DNA from: Lama guanicoe
Lineage: Eukaryota
NCBI GenBank assembly: GCA_013239625.1
Contig: MU054323.1
Span: 9,641,186 to 9,705,185, forward strand
Length of the DNA: 64,000 nt
Direction of reading: 5' to 3'
In this document: positions 25,201 to 38,320 of the stretch, in pieces
Numbering within the stretch: the first letter of the stretch is position 1
Layout of the letters: each line of letters opens with the position of its first letter
Program-made: the position numbers and the translations under genes
Notes under the pieces: generated by a model
Databases searched by the model: none
What the model saw: the letters and a program-made list of their open reading frames with translations, nothing else
Told to the model about the DNA's origin: nothing

Positions 25201-26089
25201 TTCCCCAGTCCCTGCCCTGGCTGGTCTGTGCTGTGAGTCCTGAGTCTGTGGTCAGGGCTGAAGGGACTCTTGGGGGAGCAGGTCCCTAGGGGATGATGTC
25301 TGCTCTCACAGGTCCCTTGAGGCACCTGTGGCAGGTCTGGTCTGTGCCCTGGGCCAGGGTCTGTGCCCTGGACCCAGGCTGAAACAGCCATGCCCATAGT
25401 ACCTCACCTCTGGGCATCCCCACCCCACCCCACCCCATCAGACCTGCCAGCCACCCCTTTATGGGTCTTCCCAGGGCTCACCTCCATGCCTTCGCTCAGG
25501 CTCTTCTGATCACCACACAGTGCTTTTTCCAGACCAGGCTCAAGGTTTGCTGCTCCAAGCAGCTTTCCCTCAGGGGCCCACCCCTCGCGCTCCACTCGGT
25601 GGCTCTGCGTACACTTAAGTGCTCTTTCCTCCCACTTGCAGTCTCTAGGCTTTATTTTTTGTGTATGTTCATCGTAGCTCCCCAAAGAGAATACGTCTTT
25701 GAGGGTAGGGATCACATAGCTTTTCTGTCCCCTACATCGTACATAAAATTGGCTCGTAGAAGGCCCAGCACTCACAGAATGTCTAATGAATAAGAATTTC
25801 CGTCCACCCACACGTGGGTGCTGCGGCTCTAGGAATGTGACCCCAAAATGTACCCAGAGGGTGTGATGAAATACAGGCAGGGGGCCGGGCAGGCAGGAGC
25901 TGAAGCATGCCTCCACCATGATGGTTCAGCCATCACGGATGAAGCTGGAATGATGCTCAGAGGGGAGGGACCTTGGTGATGACTCAAACTTCTTACTCTG
26001 TTGGCTGGCAAACAGAAGTCCCAGGTGAGGCATAGGGGCCCTCAGGGGTGCAGAGCTGAGCTGAGGCTCTGAAGAAAACACCACAAAGA

Positions 26090-27075
26090 CCAGCAACAAC
26101 CCCCTTTGTTCAAAGCCAGTGTCCCAGCCCTCACATCCTTGGCTTCTCAGCACATCTTCATGTTGGAAACACTCTCCTCTCCATGACACAAAACTTCTAC
26201 TTCTCTGGCCAGTTTTTCTTTGTCTCTTTTGTAGGTTTTTTCATCTCTGGGAGGCCGTTACATATCAGAGTTCCTTAGGATGCAGCCATGGGATTTTTCT
26301 CTCTTTCCCCCTCTAGCCTCTCTCCCTGGGCAGACCCATTTCACCGCATCTGGAGTGGCCATCTGACCCCCAGAACTTTCTTCCGAGTTTTCGATCACTC
26401 TACCCACTACCTCTTTGGCATCTTTTGCGTGTCCAGACCTGAATGTATGGCTTCCCTCAGTTTTCTGCCAAAAACCTCATCCCTGCCCACCGATCCCTAC
26501 TCAGGGCACAAACCGCCGTCTGCGCCAGCAGGCAGGTTAGAAAATCGAGGCATCAGTTTTGCTCCCCTCTTAGACATAGTCCATCAGTTTTACTTCCTGC
26601 ACATCTCCCTGCATACTTCTGTCCATCTGCGCCACCATCAGCCTCTCCATCTCCTGCTCAGGGAGTAACAGCCTCCTGACTGGGCTCCCAGCTTCCCTCC
26701 TTGTCTCCCTATGGTCCATACTCCATCAGCCCCCTTTTTAAAACATTAGGCAGAGCCTGTGTCTCCCATTTACAACCCTTTATTAGCTCCTCGTTTCTCT
26801 TGGGATAAAGGCTCCAATGTTCCCAAGGCCTATGAGGCCCAAACAGCCCCTCCAACCTCTCCTGCCTCAACTTCCCTTCACTCTGCACTGCAGCCACCTG
26901 GCCTTTCCCAAGGTCCCGCTAATCACAGAGCCTGGAAGTGAGCCCGGGAGAGGTCCCTTGGCCACAAGTTTCCCCGTTGTCATTTTATGTGCATTTGTAA
27001 AATGAATTCATGTTTCTCTCTACGTGCCTAGGAATATAAGCACCAGGAGGTCAGGGGTCTCAAGGGGCACCTAGA
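26090..27075 (+). mobile_element. L2 LINE fragment
   Basis: ttggaaacactctcctctcc...; acagcctcctgactgggctcccagc...; ggaatataagcaccaggagg. Confidence 0.6.
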
Positions 27076-28929
27076 AGTAGTTCAGGAAGCACGTGAGGCC
27101 TTGCTCCTGGGTTCCAGACACCAAGCTACGGGGCAGACGTGTGCTGTCCCAGGGCACACATCTGGGCAAAGTGCGAGCACCTGGGCCCAGCGTTGAAGGC
27201 AGTGGAGTGGGGGCCGGGGGAGGGTAAGAGGGCCTGGAGCACAAAGCTCCAGGGAAGTGATGGTCACAGGAGAAGAAAAGATGCTGACCAAGGGACCTGG
27301 CCTTGAAATTGGGGGAAGAATTGCTTTGTTTCCTGGCAATATGAGACAAGAGGAAGGAGAGTGCACTTTGAGCCTTTATCACAAGGTGGGCAGTTCTTAT
27401 GTTTTCTTTAAATCACTACCACACACTGCAGATACAGACACATCTTCTTTCAAGATACCTGCTGACCAGGACAATTACAGGGAGCCTCGGAGCCTCTGGG
27501 CAGGTGGGGTCTTATTGGCAGAAGCAGCTGAGATGAGCTCAGAGAGAGAAGGCCCCTCCCCCGGGCTGTGCTCAGCGTGCCCAGGCCTGGGGGCTCTGAG
27601 AGCCCCGGGGGAGGGGACTGTTACCAGGTGCTGCTCTTCCAGAGGCCCTGGGGCTGGCTGGGCTCCTAGGCAGGGGCCACACTGCACACAGGCGAGGTCT
27701 GGTTCCTGGAAGATCTGGGGTGTAGATGAGGCACTTGTGTGACATCTGAGTTTTGAAATCTTCAGAGGAAGCAGGGGAACATTTTCAGGTTGGACAAGCT
27801 GGACCACAGAGTGCAACCAAACGAGATAAAGAGAAGCCCCAGGCTGGACACCAGGAGGAGGCTGTGCTTGCCTGTGGAAGCATGGGCTACTGACTCCGTA
27901 GGCAGGTAGAAACCCAGGTGACTGCAGCGCTGACCGGGCTGGACATATGGCACATGCACAAAGCACCTCTGTTCTCTTTCATCAGCTCCTGCAAATGTTT
28001 CTTTGGATCCATTCTTCCCTGCAGGGAAACCCAGGCTGCTCCCATGATTTTCTGGTTGCTCTCTGATAACAAAATATCCAGTGCAGTGGGAGAGATATCA
28101 AAACTCCCAGCTCTGTTGCATTGAAAGCGTCTCCCCCGATCCAGTCGTGCTGGGGAAGTTGAGGAGGCAGAAGGAAATCAATGGTCTACGCTCTCTCCAC
28201 CTCCTTTGCCCCCTCTGGGGGAGCTCCGCTGCTCCTGCAGGGAGGGGGCAGGAGAGAAGGGGCGGGCGGGCAGGGAAGGACCTGCCTGGCACCCTGCCCT
28301 CAGGTCCCGCAGCCTGCAGAGCTGGCTGGTCTGGAGGGAGAGGCTCTGGCCACTGTGGAGCCTCTAATCACTGAGGTTCTTTTATCCATGGTTTTCTGCA
28401 CCTTGGCCTGGCCGCACAGAATCTCTCTGGCTCCACCAGTTCTCACAGGACAAATGTAGTATTTTATTGGTTGGTTTTTGGTTTGTTTTATTTGTTTTTA
28501 CCAAAAAAAGATCTCTCACCATATATACATTTTGCTTCTTAGTTTCTTCACTCAAAACGTCTTACCCTGAAAAGCTTGGTTGGTAGGGGTGGGCCAACCA
28601 AACTCTTTTTCGTTGCAGTGTAGTATTCCATCGTGTGGCTATACCACAGCTATTCAACCACTTCCCTTGTGACAGACAAAGACTTTCCAAAATTTCAAAC
28701 AACAGATGCTTTGTTCAAAAGAGCTGGAATGCTACAGGAGTCGATGTTGGCAAGTCTCAGTGGTCAGGAGGGGCTCCGACAGGACTCACGTGGTGATGAG
28801 AAGGCACACAAGTTGGGGTGGTGGGGAAGCCCTGCACCAGCAGTCAGAAGCCCTGGGTCTGAGTCCACTTCCCTTCTCTAGGCCTCTTTTCCCTCCTCTG
28901 AAACAAAAGGGCTGGGATGCCACAGGGTC

Positions 28930-29305
28930 ATAAACCCGGGGGCTTCTCATCTGAATCGCCTGGGAAACTCTAAATACAACCACCACCACCACCACAACTA
29001 AGCAGCGCCAACCAGAACGGCGCCTGGGCCCCACCCCCAAGAGTCTGATTCTGTTGGTCTGGGACAGGGCGCTTGCTCAGTCCGTTTCTAAAGCACCCCA
29101 ATTCTAATATGCAGCAAAGTTTGAGAGCCACTGTTCTAGACCAGGGCTCCTAGCTCTAAAGTGCACACAAAACATCCAGGGACCTCCTTAAAATCCACTT
29201 CCTGACTCAGAAGGTCCTGGGTGAGCCTCCAAATCCAGCTTTCTAACAAGCTCCCAGATGATGCCAGCGTTGCTGGTCCTAGATTGTATTTCGAGTGGAA
29301 AACTA
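28930..29305. mobile_element. two adjacent MER5-type (hAT-Charlie) elements
   Basis: gggccccacccccaagagtctgattc...attctaatatgcagcaaagtttgagagccactg, then tttctaacaagctcccagatgatgcc. Confidence 0.7.
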
Positions 29306-30090
29306 GATCCTCTAAGCTCTCTTTCAATTCTAATGCCCTTTCTGACCATCCTATCTACACACTTTCAGCCGACCATTGCCGGGCTGAGATTGGTATGTAG
29401 AGTGGAGCTGAGAACTCAGACCAGAACAGAATGGTTCCCCAGGACCGCACAGGGCAACTGGGGAGGCCCAGGGGCTTGGCTCCAGCCGTGGGTGGGTTGA
29501 GCCCAGAAGACAGTGGGCAGAGGGTTGGCAGGGCTTTTGAGGTCCAGCTCCAGGTCCAGTGCTTCTGTCTCAGCCATAATTTAGGCAGCAGTCAACCCAG
29601 GCCTCTAAGAGGAGGCAGCAGTTTCCAGCCAGGCCTTCTGAGTCAAGCTGCAAGGAATTCAGGTCTGGGAGAGTCGCCTAGGAAGAGGCCTGCCTCCAGG
29701 CAACTGCACTGGACACCAGGAAGGCGGTTCCTAACAAGACAGGGTGCAGAAGCGCCATCTATTTTTTTTTTTCCCCAATGTCCCTTCTGTTTACAGGATC
29801 TTTACCTACAAAGTCACGCATTTATTTTGAGTTTTATATTGTTTCTATTTCCAAGTCCTTTCAAAGTATTCCACTAGGTGTTATAGTTTAGACAGTGGGC
29901 CTACCTCCCATTTGACTTTTTACTTGCAAACCAGGTCTCTGATTTCGGGTTTGAACTGTTACATCAGCTTTGAGACTGACTCCTGAATCTTGCTGGAAAG
30001 TAATTTCTAGTCTGTCCCTAAAAATCTCCTTTTGATTCATCTTTTCTCTGCTTACCACACTGAGTCAAGATTTAATCGATTTTGTGTCAT

Positions 30091-31228
30091 TTAATTTTTC
30101 AAATAGACTTTATTTTTTAGGGCAGTTTTAAGTTCACAGCAAAAGTGAGAAGAAAGTACAGAGAGCTCCCATGTACCCCGTGGCCCCTGATGTGCACAGC
30201 CTCTCCTGGCATCAACATCCCTCACCGGACTGCTGCATCTGTTACAGTCCATGAACCCATGCTGCCGTGTCATGATTATCCAGAGTCCACAGTTTACATT
30301 AGGACTCACTCCTGGTGTTGTACAATCTGGGGTTTAGACAAACGTGTAATAACATGTATCCATTAGTATAATACCATACCGAATAGTTTCACTGCCCTAG
30401 AAATCCCCTGGCCTCTGCCTATTCCTTCCTCCCACCCCCAGAACCCTTGGCTACCACTGATCTTTTTACTGTCTCCACAATTTTGTCTTTTCCAGGATAT
30501 CACATAGTTAGAATCATACAGTATGTAGCCTTCTCAGACTGGCTTCTTTCACTTAGTAAAATGTGTCTAAGGTTTCTCTACCTCTTTTCATGACTTCACC
30601 ACTCATTTCTTTTTAGTGCTGGATAATATTCCATTATCTAGATGTACCACAGTTTATTTCTCCATCCACCTGTGGAAGGACATCTTGGTTGCATCCAAGT
30701 TTGGACAATTATGAATAAAGCTACTGTAAACATCCATGTGCAGGGTTTTGTGTGCACATAAATTTTTAACTCTTTTGAGTAAATATCAAGGAGTATGATT
30801 TCTAGATTGTATGGTAAGAGTATGTTTAGTTTCATAAGAAACTGCCAAACTGTCTTCCAAAGTGGCTGGACCATTTTGCATTCCCACCAGCAATAGACGA
30901 GAGTTTCTTTTGCTCCACCTCCTCACCAGCTTTTGGTGCCATCAGTGTTTTATATTTTGGCTAGAATAGGTGTGTGGTGGATTTTAGTCTGCATTTCCCT
31001 AATAACGTATGATGTTAAGCACGTTTGCATGTGCTCATTTTCCATTTGTATCTCTTCCGTGGTGAGGTATCCATTCAAGTCTTTCGCCCAGTTTTTAAAT
31101 TAGGTTGTTCATATTCTTATTGTTGAGTTTTATGGATTCTTTATATATTTTGGATGACAGTCTTATATCAGATAAGTCATTTGCAAAATTTTTCACTCTG
31201 TTTGTGTCTTGTCTTCTCATTCTCTTGA
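30091..31228 (-). mobile_element. old LINE-1 3' end (L1MC-class)
   Basis: aaatagactttattttttagggcagttttaagttcacagc...; ORF2 remnant [12 protein letters not shown]...PRCPSTG at 30638-30874. Confidence 0.85.
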
Positions 31229-32068
31229 TTCCAATTAATTTTTACAGGGAAGGTCCCAGAAATCACTTTTAGTAAATTCCAACCTCTTTTCTGGACTCTC
31301 TTGATGCCTGTTGGTTTAGCACTCGTGCGGGGATCCCTTAAGTCTGACCCTAGATTGGTCTCTTTTGCTAATTTAGCATTTAATCTTCCTTCCAATGTGT
31401 GAATTAGTTGGCAGAGATCTGGCAAGCCTGGATCATAGGCTCCTGGGAGAGTCAGAATTCTCCAAAGGAGGCGTCTGTCTTGTCAGGGTTTGGAGAAATC
31501 TGGGACAACAGTTCTTAGTCGCGCTGAGACCAGAGTTCAAACTCTACAGCAGGTGGTGTGTGTGATTCTCAAACAGGATGCATTTTTAAAGGAAACTGAT
31601 GTTTTGGAGTGTCAAGGGGCTTATTAAGAAAAGGCAAGAAATCCAGGCAAGGGGAGGGAAAAGGTTAGAGGGCTGGGGTTCAGATCCGCGTGAGTGGAAG
31701 AGAGTGTATGTTGGAGAGGTGGGGTATTGGAGGCGGGGGTTAATAAAGGAGACACTTTTATCCCAGATAGTTTATGTTTTAAGTCATCAAGTTCCTTGTT
31801 TAGCCTTGACCAAAAAAAATTATTCAAAGAATTGGAGTTTTAGAATTGGAATTTTGCTTAGAAGCATCAGGGTACCAACCAAAACACACTACTCATTGGG
31901 CCTAGGGAATTTTGTTTGGGTTTTGCTCTAAGGTACCTCTCAAATAAGCAGCTCTAGTTAACTTAAGTGTTCCCCCAAAGTGTCCACTGAAGGCCCAGTC
32001 AAATCATTCTTGGTGAAGTTCTGCTGGAGGGGGACACAGATTACATGGAGGAGACTCCTTGTTCCCGT
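31229..32068 (-). pseudogene. decayed retroviral gag (MA, Pro-rich linker, CA N-terminus)
   Basis: With frameshifts and stops: (ACG)G.NKES...NFTKNDL..LQWTLWG..YLRGTLEQ..KIP*AQ*..FGWY.DASK...AYDPGLPDLCQLIHTL...LLKVISGTFPVKINW. This resembles ERV1/MER-group Gag. Confidence 0.7.
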
Positions 32069-32692
32069 CAGTTGAAGTTAATTATACAACTTACGAGCAG
32101 CTTCAACTTGTTAGGTCTCAGGCCCCTGACCTAACGATCGGCCGCATCTGGACACAGACCCAACTGTCTGAGTCCCTGGCAGGTGGAATACATCAGAGAG
32201 AGAGGGTGCTGTCTCCAAATCAGAACCAAGCTCTCAGGAGAAACAGCCAGGATGGGAGGACGTTCTCATCTGGTTTTCTTGGTGACTTACAGCAGAGTTT
32301 GCCCTCAGAGGGTGCTGATCGGGCTAACTCTCCGGTCTATGAGGCCGGCTCAAACAGCCAGCTTAAAGCAATGATGGCTGCGTCCTGCTGTGTGGTCCTC
32401 CTCCTCATGACATAATAACACTCAAAGACCCAGGGCGAAAAAGGGACAGGCAAAAGCAAATCACCAAGGACGCAGCTCAAAAGGGGAGCACGAACCAAAT
32501 ATAAACACACAGGACTCGACAAGTGAATAAAACAGCCAAAGAACTCAACACAAAAAGAACAGAGTTGAGGTCCAGGGCAGACTGACTTGTCGACGTGGAG
32601 GATGGTCCACAGGCAATGAGGCTGAAGGGGCCTTGGTGGGCACCACATACGGACAAGAGCCGTAGTCCACAGGGACAAGCAGGAGAGGCTGG

Positions 32693-32710
32693 ATCTGGGT
32701 CACAGCACCG
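32693..32710 (-). other. retroviral primer-binding site, tRNA-His-like
   Basis: Minus strand CGGTGCTGTGACCCAGAT vs His PBS TGGTGCCGTGACTCGGAT, 14/18; two differences are CpG-decay type. Lies next to the LTR edge. Confidence 0.65.
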
Positions 32711-33379
32711 AGATTACAGTCAGAAATCAAAGAAAACCCAGGACGAAATTAGTCAAGGCTATTTATTTGTAAATGTGCAGCCACAAGGGAACCATGTGCA
32801 GTCAGTTTCAGAGGTGTCTGAAAGGACAGTAAGTTTTATGGAGAAAGAAAGAAGAAATGCCCAGTCTCTGACTGGCAAGCATTCTATTAGGGGGGATTTT
32901 GGAAACAGAGGAGACTCTGACCTTCATGTCCACTTGGCAGTCCTTATTGGTTCATAAGCCATAATTACAAGGTTGGGAAATTTTCAGGTTTTTCTGGGTT
33001 TTTTTTAGGAGGACTATGTTGAGAGATTTCTCAAGCAAAGGAGGGTACCTGGGCCAGGCAGAAGCCAAGCCGGGCTCCCTTCCTTTGTTTGGTAATGTGT
33101 TGTTCTTGGTCCCAAGAGTGCAATTCTTGGCATACAGTTTCCTCCTGTGTGCAAAGCCACTATGTTATGGCCTGTGCAGGGGGTTTACAAAGATAAATGG
33201 AGTATGGGTCACACCCCTTCCAGCAAAAGGGACAACTCCAACTGGCCAGTGTTTGGATAGCTGACAAAATTTAGTGATGTAATGCAGCTACAGAGAGGGC
33301 AGGACTGGATTCTGTTCACCAGGGGCTCCGGAGAATGACTGGAATGAAGCTCAGTGTCTTCACTGATGTAGCAATTCCC

Positions 33380-34680
33380 CAGCATCTGCTGACATCAGGC
33401 CCTGTGCTAAGTGCTGAGGACACAGCAGCAAATCATTCGGTCCTCGCCCTCCTGGAGTTCATGGTCAGAAAGACAGGCTAGACTTTGAACAAACAATTCC
33501 AAGGGCGTTGCATATTGGATGAGAAGCCAGGCCAGGGAACCCAGAGACCAGGCCTGACAATGACATGGCTAAGGAAAGCATTTTAGAAAGAAATATTTAC
33601 ACTGAGCCTGGAAGGAGAGTTGGTGAGGCCAAGAGGTGGGAAGGGTATTGATGTGGCCTGAGAGTTCCAGGTAGAGGCTCCGAGGTGGCAAAAAGGATGG
33701 CAAGTTCAAGGAAGAGAAAGGAGCCCAGCGAGCCTAGGTTCCAAAAACAGGGGAGAGAGGAGCTTGAGGCTGGACAAGAAGAGTGGGGAACATGCAGGGC
33801 CTTGAAAACCATGCCAAGATGATTGGGCTTCATCCAAAGGACAGTCAAAGGGTTTTACACGAGGGTGCAACATCAGGTTTGCACTTTGGAAAGATCCTTC
33901 AGGCTGCTGTGTGGGAAAAAAAAAAGACTGGAACAAGCATGAGGAGACATGGGAGCAGCTATTCCAGCCATTCAGGGGAGCAGAGATGGTGACATGGGCC
34001 CAGGTTGGGCAGTGAAGGTGGAAAATGGTGAGTGGCACATGAGGTGATCAGGACATAGAACTGAAGGGACTCAGCAAAGAAGGATCTTTTGGGGCTGAGG
34101 AGGCCAACTTTTCAAGGCTCCTCCTTGGGCCTGTGGACAATCACTATTGCCCTTTCTGGTAGGACTGCAAGTGAGTGGGCAATGATTAGATGTTCAGTTC
34201 TTAACACCTTGAGTTTGAGGTGCCTATGAAACATCAAAGTGAAAATGCTGAGTCCATGAATGAGTTGTTGGGCTTTGAAGGTTAGAAGAGAAGGCTGGCT
34301 GGATATTGAAATGTAGGAATCATTGACACAAAGATTTTAAATGAAGCCTTGGGGTAGGGGGTGGGGGTGAGATCGCCTTGGGAGACAGAGAGGAGGGTTC
34401 AGGCCAGAGTCCTGAGGAGCTCCAGCAGCAGAGGAGGAGCCGGCAAAGGAGGCTGCAAAGGAAGAGCTGGAGAGAAGAAACCAGGAAGCCAGAAGCACAG
34501 GAGCCAAGGGCAGCATTTTCTGAGACTAGAGGTGGCAGTCAGCTGTCAAATGCTGCTGAGATGTCAAGCATGACGAGGTCTGAGCACCTCACTGACCACA
34601 GGATTGAACAAGTTGTTGACCTTAGAGTATTTCTGGTAGAATGATGGGAGCAGAGGCCATGTTGGAGGGCAGAGGAAACG
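33380..34680 (-). mobile_element. L2 LINE fragment
   Basis: caggccctgtgctaagtgctgaggacacagca...gagtttgaggtgcctatgaaacatc...gtcaaatgctgctgagatgtcaag. Confidence 0.7.
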
Positions 34681-37600
34681 AGGGAGTGGAAGGTGTTTTA
34701 GGAGGTCACTCCACCCTGGGGATGGGCGAGGGCACTGGGGTGGCCAGCCTGCAGGGGACTGGTACAGGAACCCAAGGAAGAGAGGTTAAAGATCAAGAGT
34801 GAGGCTTGGAGCCTCACTCTGATTCAGAAAACACCATCTCAATGTCAACTGAGAGGAGCAATTGGAAACTTGGCTCCAGGTGGCTCCCAGGAGCACAGAA
34901 AGGGAGTGGGGAGTAGGGGGAAGCACCTGGGATTCCCACGGAGACCACGCTGAGATTCCAGCCACTCTCTGGAGCACCTGCAATGAAGGCCCATGGCCCT
35001 GGGTGTTCCTGGGCACACACGTTTGCACCTAAGAAGACTCCAGGGGTCAATCGAGGAACCAATAGAAATGAACTAAAGTAAAGAAGTGTTGTGTCTTGAA
35101 TTAGGAGGACTGGCCTTTGGAGCAGAAAAACCAGTATTTAAAATCTGGCCTCACCCCCTGCTCTCTGTGTGATCTGGGGCAAGTTTCTAAACATTTCTGT
35201 GGTTTGTTGGAGGCTGTTTTCAGAAATGTGACAGTATGAAAATGTGCAGGGGTTAGAATGGAGAAAATTAGGAATTTGAAATGCCTTTTCCTCAGGTTTT
35301 TCTCTTCTGGGTCATAACCATCCAGCTATAAATAAGGTCCTTCCAGAATCAGGGAAAGAAGGAACCACAGGCTGGCTCGCCTCAGCCGGCAGTGCCCCGA
35401 AGAGAGGCGCACAGGCACTCCCCGGAAACAGGACCTGAGGTGACAAACTTCCTCTGGGCTGGGCCCGACCCAGGCCTCGCTGTCCTGATGGCTGGACCTC
35501 GGCACAGGGCTGCCCGCCTGGCCCAGCCTGACCCAGCATCCGGGCCCTGGGGCGGAAGGTCAGCCCCCATTCACTGCCCACGCCCTCGCCTGGCCCTCTC
35601 CCTAGGTGGTGCCCATCAAAGGTAAACAGGGAGCCAGCCAAGCAGACACTCTTGTGCATCATCCTCATTACTGAAGCGATTAGCCCATGTGCAGTGTGTG
35701 GGGGTGGCTGACAGCCCAGCCCCACAGCGAGCTGGTGACGCCAGGCCACAGCCAACCCCTGCCCTACAGCCAAAGGCCCAGAGGCTCCATTCTGGATCAG
35801 CCGTGTGGACGACGGACGTCGCCAACTGGTGAGCTGCTCTGTCTGGTGGGAGGGAGGCACTCTTCCTTCTCTGGACCCCTGACCTGGGAGAAACCTTCCC
35901 GGGTAGGTGGTCTGGTCTGAACACAGACCAGGGAGGCATGTGGGGTCAGGGCACTATGGCTGGGGCTGCGGGAGCCGGGAGCCTCCCAGCATGGTCTGAA
36001 GCATGTGAGATTCCCGGGAAAGACCAGGAGACTTTGGGTATTCCTGCTGAATTTGAAGAACAGATCATAGCTCTCACAGGATGCAAAAGGAATCAAATCA
36101 GGGAAAGCTTAGCCATGTAGCAGAGGACCCCTCGGGTTGCCCCTGGGTCGGCAGAGAATTCTCAACCAGGGCAATCCCCCGGCCCTGCCCCGTGGGAACT
36201 CAGCTCTAGACGGTCCAGGGAAGAGTGTCTCCTGTGTTCCAGTGCCTACTGGCTATGCCAGCTGGCCTGTCTCCATGGGACTCCCCTTCCAAGATTGGAC
36301 ATGTGGGCCCTGGGCTGCATGTTGGTATCGTGCCAGGGCAGGGTCTGTGCGGAGTCTCTCTGGCTTGAAGTTAGCCACTCCTGGGCTGCAGTGTAGAGGG
36401 CAAGGGCTTGGTGTACTATCCTTGGCAGCTGAGCAGCCTTGGACATGTTACTAACGCTCTCTGGGGTTTCACTTCTTACCTGTAAAACTGGACTAAAAAT
36501 TCCGTTACTACAGGTGGTCCAGATGATTCAGCCCTACATGATGGTAGGAAAGAGCGCTGGACTGAAATCAGAGAATCCAAGCTCTAATTCAGGCCCCAAG
36601 TCACAGACTGGCCCTGCTGCTTTCTTTGCCTCTGTTTCCTCCTCCGTACAATGCAGGTGGACAGAACTGACCAGATGGCCCTTACGGTTCAGGTGCCTTC
36701 TGACCAGTTCTGACCTAGTCCCTGCTGCTTTCTTGCTTCTGGTTGGGATCCTCCCCAGGAGGGGAAGGCGGTCGCAATTGGGAGCCCACCGGCTGGGGTG
36801 GAGCAGAGCATCCCGGTTTGGGTCACTGGTTCTCCTGAGATGGTACGGAGGGGAACAACACCTCTGGTGCTTCCACCAGGAGAAGCCAAGTTTCCTCCAC
36901 AGGTTAGTGGGGGCCCTGAGCCTGGGCCTGGGCTGCGAGGTGGTCAGGCTGGGTGGTCTGCTCAGGCTCAGCACCCAGGACAGAATGGTCACATTGCCAG
37001 ACTCTCCTGCCAAGCCAGGTGCTTGAGACAGACAGTACTCTCCACCAGCACTCAGTTAAGAGCCTCCCCAGACTTCCCTCCGGAGGGGTGTTTAAGGTCA
37101 TTTCACCAGGCTTGTCTCAGTCGTGCCAGGGAGGAACTAACAGATATGGAGGTAGAAGACTTGGCTCAGAACCTCGTTTGTACAACTTACTGGTTGAGTG
37201 ACCTTAGTTGAGGCTTTTAACCCCTTGAACATAGCTGGCATTAAACGAGCTTGATTAGAAGATGCCTAGCAACTAGTAGGTGCTTAGCAAATGCTAGTGT
37301 CTTCACCTGGGTGTAGGTGCACTAAGGCGTATTTATGGGCAGAGGCATTGCCCCTCCCCCCCCAACCCCTTCAGGACTGCTCAGCCAGGGTCGGGGGCCG
37401 GGGTGTCTGTTCAAGACTTCCGGCTGATCCTCTCAGGCTGCAGACTGCCCCAGCAGCGGACTCTGTGTTGTGCGAATACCGCCATCTTCCATGTGCTGGG
37501 AGGCATGAAGACTGGGAAGCACCGGGGAGCCCAGAGTCTGGAGGTGGTAGAAGAAACACAGGGACCAGCAAGCGAGCAGCTGTGTGGCTTGGAGGATGTC

Positions 37601-38204
37601 AGGGCTCATGCTGTGGGGACCCCACGCTCCCCCTCTGTAAATGAGTGTCAGCCAGTGACAGTGCCCTTCTCTGCATGAAGGGCTGTGTGGGAGGGGGAGC
37701 ACCCTGTATGCTCGAAGTAGGCGGCTCGTCTTCCCCTTCCCCAGCTGCCATGGTTCCATTCTTCAAGCTGCATATGAGAGAATGGAATTCATGTCGTTAG
37801 TCTCACAGGCTGGGAAACCAAGACACAATGAAGACGAAATGACTGCAGGTAATAACGGTCATCATGGTTGACCTGGAGCTGCCCACACATCCTGGTGCTC
37901 AATGGCTGGGCCTCTCCAGGCACCAGAATCTGGCCCTTTCCCCATCTACTCCTGACCTCAGAGGAAAGTCCCAGTGTTTTACCCAGTGTGTTCCCGTGGG
38001 TTTCCTCTCTGCGGAGGCTGCCAGGTCAGTCCGACTTTGTCAGCATCCACAGACTATTGTGGCATCAGGCCACATCCTGTGGACCTTTCGCTCATCCAGG
38101 GCAGCAGAGATGAAGCTCTCTTCATCCTTCAGTGCTGGGCACTGGCCAGGGCTGGCTCCCCATTGATGGCTCCCCATCAATCCACCATTGATCTTGATAC
38201 CGAG

Positions 38205-38320
38205 TCCCAGCCTAAACCAGTTAATTCAGAAGGTCTGAGGGTGAAGTGCAGGCACAAGTATTTGTCTTAAAAGCTCCCCAGGTGATTCCAATCTGCAGCC
38301 AGGCTTGAGAACCACTAGGT
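38205..38320. mobile_element. MER5A-type fragment
   Basis: aaagctccccaggtgattccaatctgcagccaggcttgagaaccact. Confidence 0.7.

Larger units (their letters stand above)
31229..33189 (-). mobile_element. 3'-truncated ERV1-class provirus: 5' LTR, PBS, leader and decayed gag
   Basis: LTR ~32715-33189 begins TGTAAACC on minus and has AATAAA near 32763; tRNA-His-like PBS at 32693-32710; Gag-like peptides downstream. Confidence 0.75.

Noticed and set aside
36439..37211. Overlapping 137-195 aa ORFs on both strands
   Set aside because: They overlap MIR fragments, show no recognisable domain or splice-consistent structure, and are expected in GC-rich DNA.
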